DNA of 63,607 bases, the filler included, from Phoronis australis (Eukaryota > Animalia > Phoronida), in the NCBI GenBank assembly GCA_002633005.1. It is 7 parts of 7 records of this genome, joined end to end, with 100 filler letters (N's around TTAATTAATTAA, not from the genome) between each part and the next. Parts side by side here need not be neighbours in the genome. Positions count along the whole stretch, not along the records: positions 62,188 to 63,607 come from NMRA01000074.1; 6 more parts are not named here. One strand, written 5' to 3'. Of this stretch, positions 62,088 through 63,607 are shown one piece after another. The notes below the pieces were generated by a model. That model was not told the origin of the DNA, did no database searches, and was given only the letters and a program-made list of their open reading frames with translations. Position numbers and translations under genes: made by a program. The number at the start of each line of letters is the position of its first letter. Position 1 is the first letter of the stretch.

Positions 62088-63607
62088 NNNNNNNNNNNNN
62101 NNNNNNNNNNNNNNNNNNNNNNNNNNNNNNNTTAATTAATTAANNNNNNNNNNNNNNNNNNNNNNNNNNNNNNNNNNNNNNNNNNNNTCATATCCGCATG
62201 AGCGAAGTCAATTATCCTCGCTCGTGACTCGATGAATAGAGCAGCTTGGCGGCATCCCTTTGAGCATGAGCCGAGCGCGTCTCAGCCATGGTGGATAAAT
62301 ACGGTCTAGTTCAATTTTCCATACCCCGCCGTTTACCTTAAACACCGGGGTTAGAACCAATTTTATTTAGTGGGAATGTTCATAGCATGTTGCTTTTAGT
62401 GAGGTCCTAGTGTTACTGAACGGGAGGCTGAGCTAGCCTGTTTTGATATGCTCCTTAATCTCACGATATCTTCTCACTATTTTTGAGTCAACATAAAAGA
62501 TGTGTGTTGCTGGTAATAACTCCAAGACTTGTAATGTTGAAACTAAAAAGTAATGATAAACTTAAAGTAAAAAGTTTGTCTGGTGAATAGTAAAAATTGG
62601 TCTATTTGATCGACTTGTGGGGTGAATAGTTACTTTCTTTTCTTAAGTAAACAAGGCTATTCCTCACTGTTGGTTGTAATCTAGAATCTTGTGTAAAGGG
62701 CTTCCATACTTTAACATCTGACCCCTCAAAGTTTTGGGATTTTCTGTCAGTATGAGCAGTTAACTTCAGTCCTGGATGGGAAGTTAATTAACATTGCAAC
62801 TCAACAGTAAACATGTGGTTAGCTGCAGTGTCAGTGGAGTAAACAGGTGATGCTGTCAACAGCATGTATTGTGGTATTACTCAATTATTTTCAAATGTGA
62901 CCATTCTATCTCAAAAACCATTCTTATAATAACCGACCACATATACCACATTTGATAATCATAGCATTGTGCCTGTGCAGCCATTTTCAGAGCACCGTCT
63001 TTGATGATCCACACATGAAACTGTGGTCTACTATGACTCCGTACCGAAGTCTGTCCGATTAAGATTCAACTGTTTTGTTGGTACTTTATATCGACACTGT
63101 TCGGGTTCTGGAGTTTGGCCTTCAGTCACAGTTTCAATCAAAATTTTTGTCATGTTTTGATACAATAAGGTGGTTTTTTGTATATTTGTAGTTGAATAAA
63201 ATTTGATATTGGAAGTGTCTGAGTAAGCTGCAGTTACTGTTTTAAAATGTCTATCTCTTTGCAAACATTGCAGCTTTGCTGATAAACATCGTGTTGAGCA
63301 GTCTTTTGAAAAATCTTTGGTTCTCTGTATAGTAATTACATTGAGCAGCAATTAATTAGTTTGAACAAAACTGTAAAAAATTGTTGTTTCCACATTCAAG
63401 CACTTGCTCTGTAAGTTATTACAGTGTTTCTCCTCTTATTTAACACAAAATAACTTAAATATGTTTTTATGATAGTCGGGATATGTGAAATAAACTGAAT
63501 ATACAGACGTTGTAGTTGACAAGTGTGTGAAACAATTAAAAAGGTGATAGTGTGTTACTAAAAACAACCACAGGACTTGCCTGCAATACTGGTCATTCCC
63601 AACATTT

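Overview
AT-rich, intron- and transposon-rich eukaryotic scaffold, most likely from an invertebrate animal. It contains six artificial 100-nt gap linkers and four single-N overlap duplications. Five protein-coding genes can be reconstructed from GT-AG-bounded exons: (1) a divergent V-ATPase V0 subunit a (minus strand, 6 exons, 5787-10293, incomplete); (2) MRGBP/Eaf7 (minus, 3 exons, 18941-22546); (3) a cofactor-dependent phosphoglycerate mutase (plus, 4 exons, 34337-40999); (4) an intronless CDK5 activator p35/CDK5R1 (plus, 48913-49770); (5) HEATR6 (plus, 3 exons, 55082-61052). The 5' coding exons of the four spliced genes are not visible and may lie in gaps. The rest is mostly non-autonomous DNA transposons: a 4.5-kb TA-flanked element with palindromic GCCGACC termini, Kolobok-like and ISL2EU-like elements with THAP remnants, a hAT-like family, MITEs, Helentron/HINE-like repeats and minisatellites. 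The most interesting signal is the phosphoglycerate mutase. It carries bacterial/protist gpmA-type signatures rather than animal PGAM1 signatures, and its intron positions do not match vertebrate PGAM1, making it a candidate intronized horizontal transfer or a hidden ancient paralog. I see no CRISPR array, rRNA or prokaryotic operon. Gene and family identifications and human exon sizes are from recalled sequence knowledge, not database searches.
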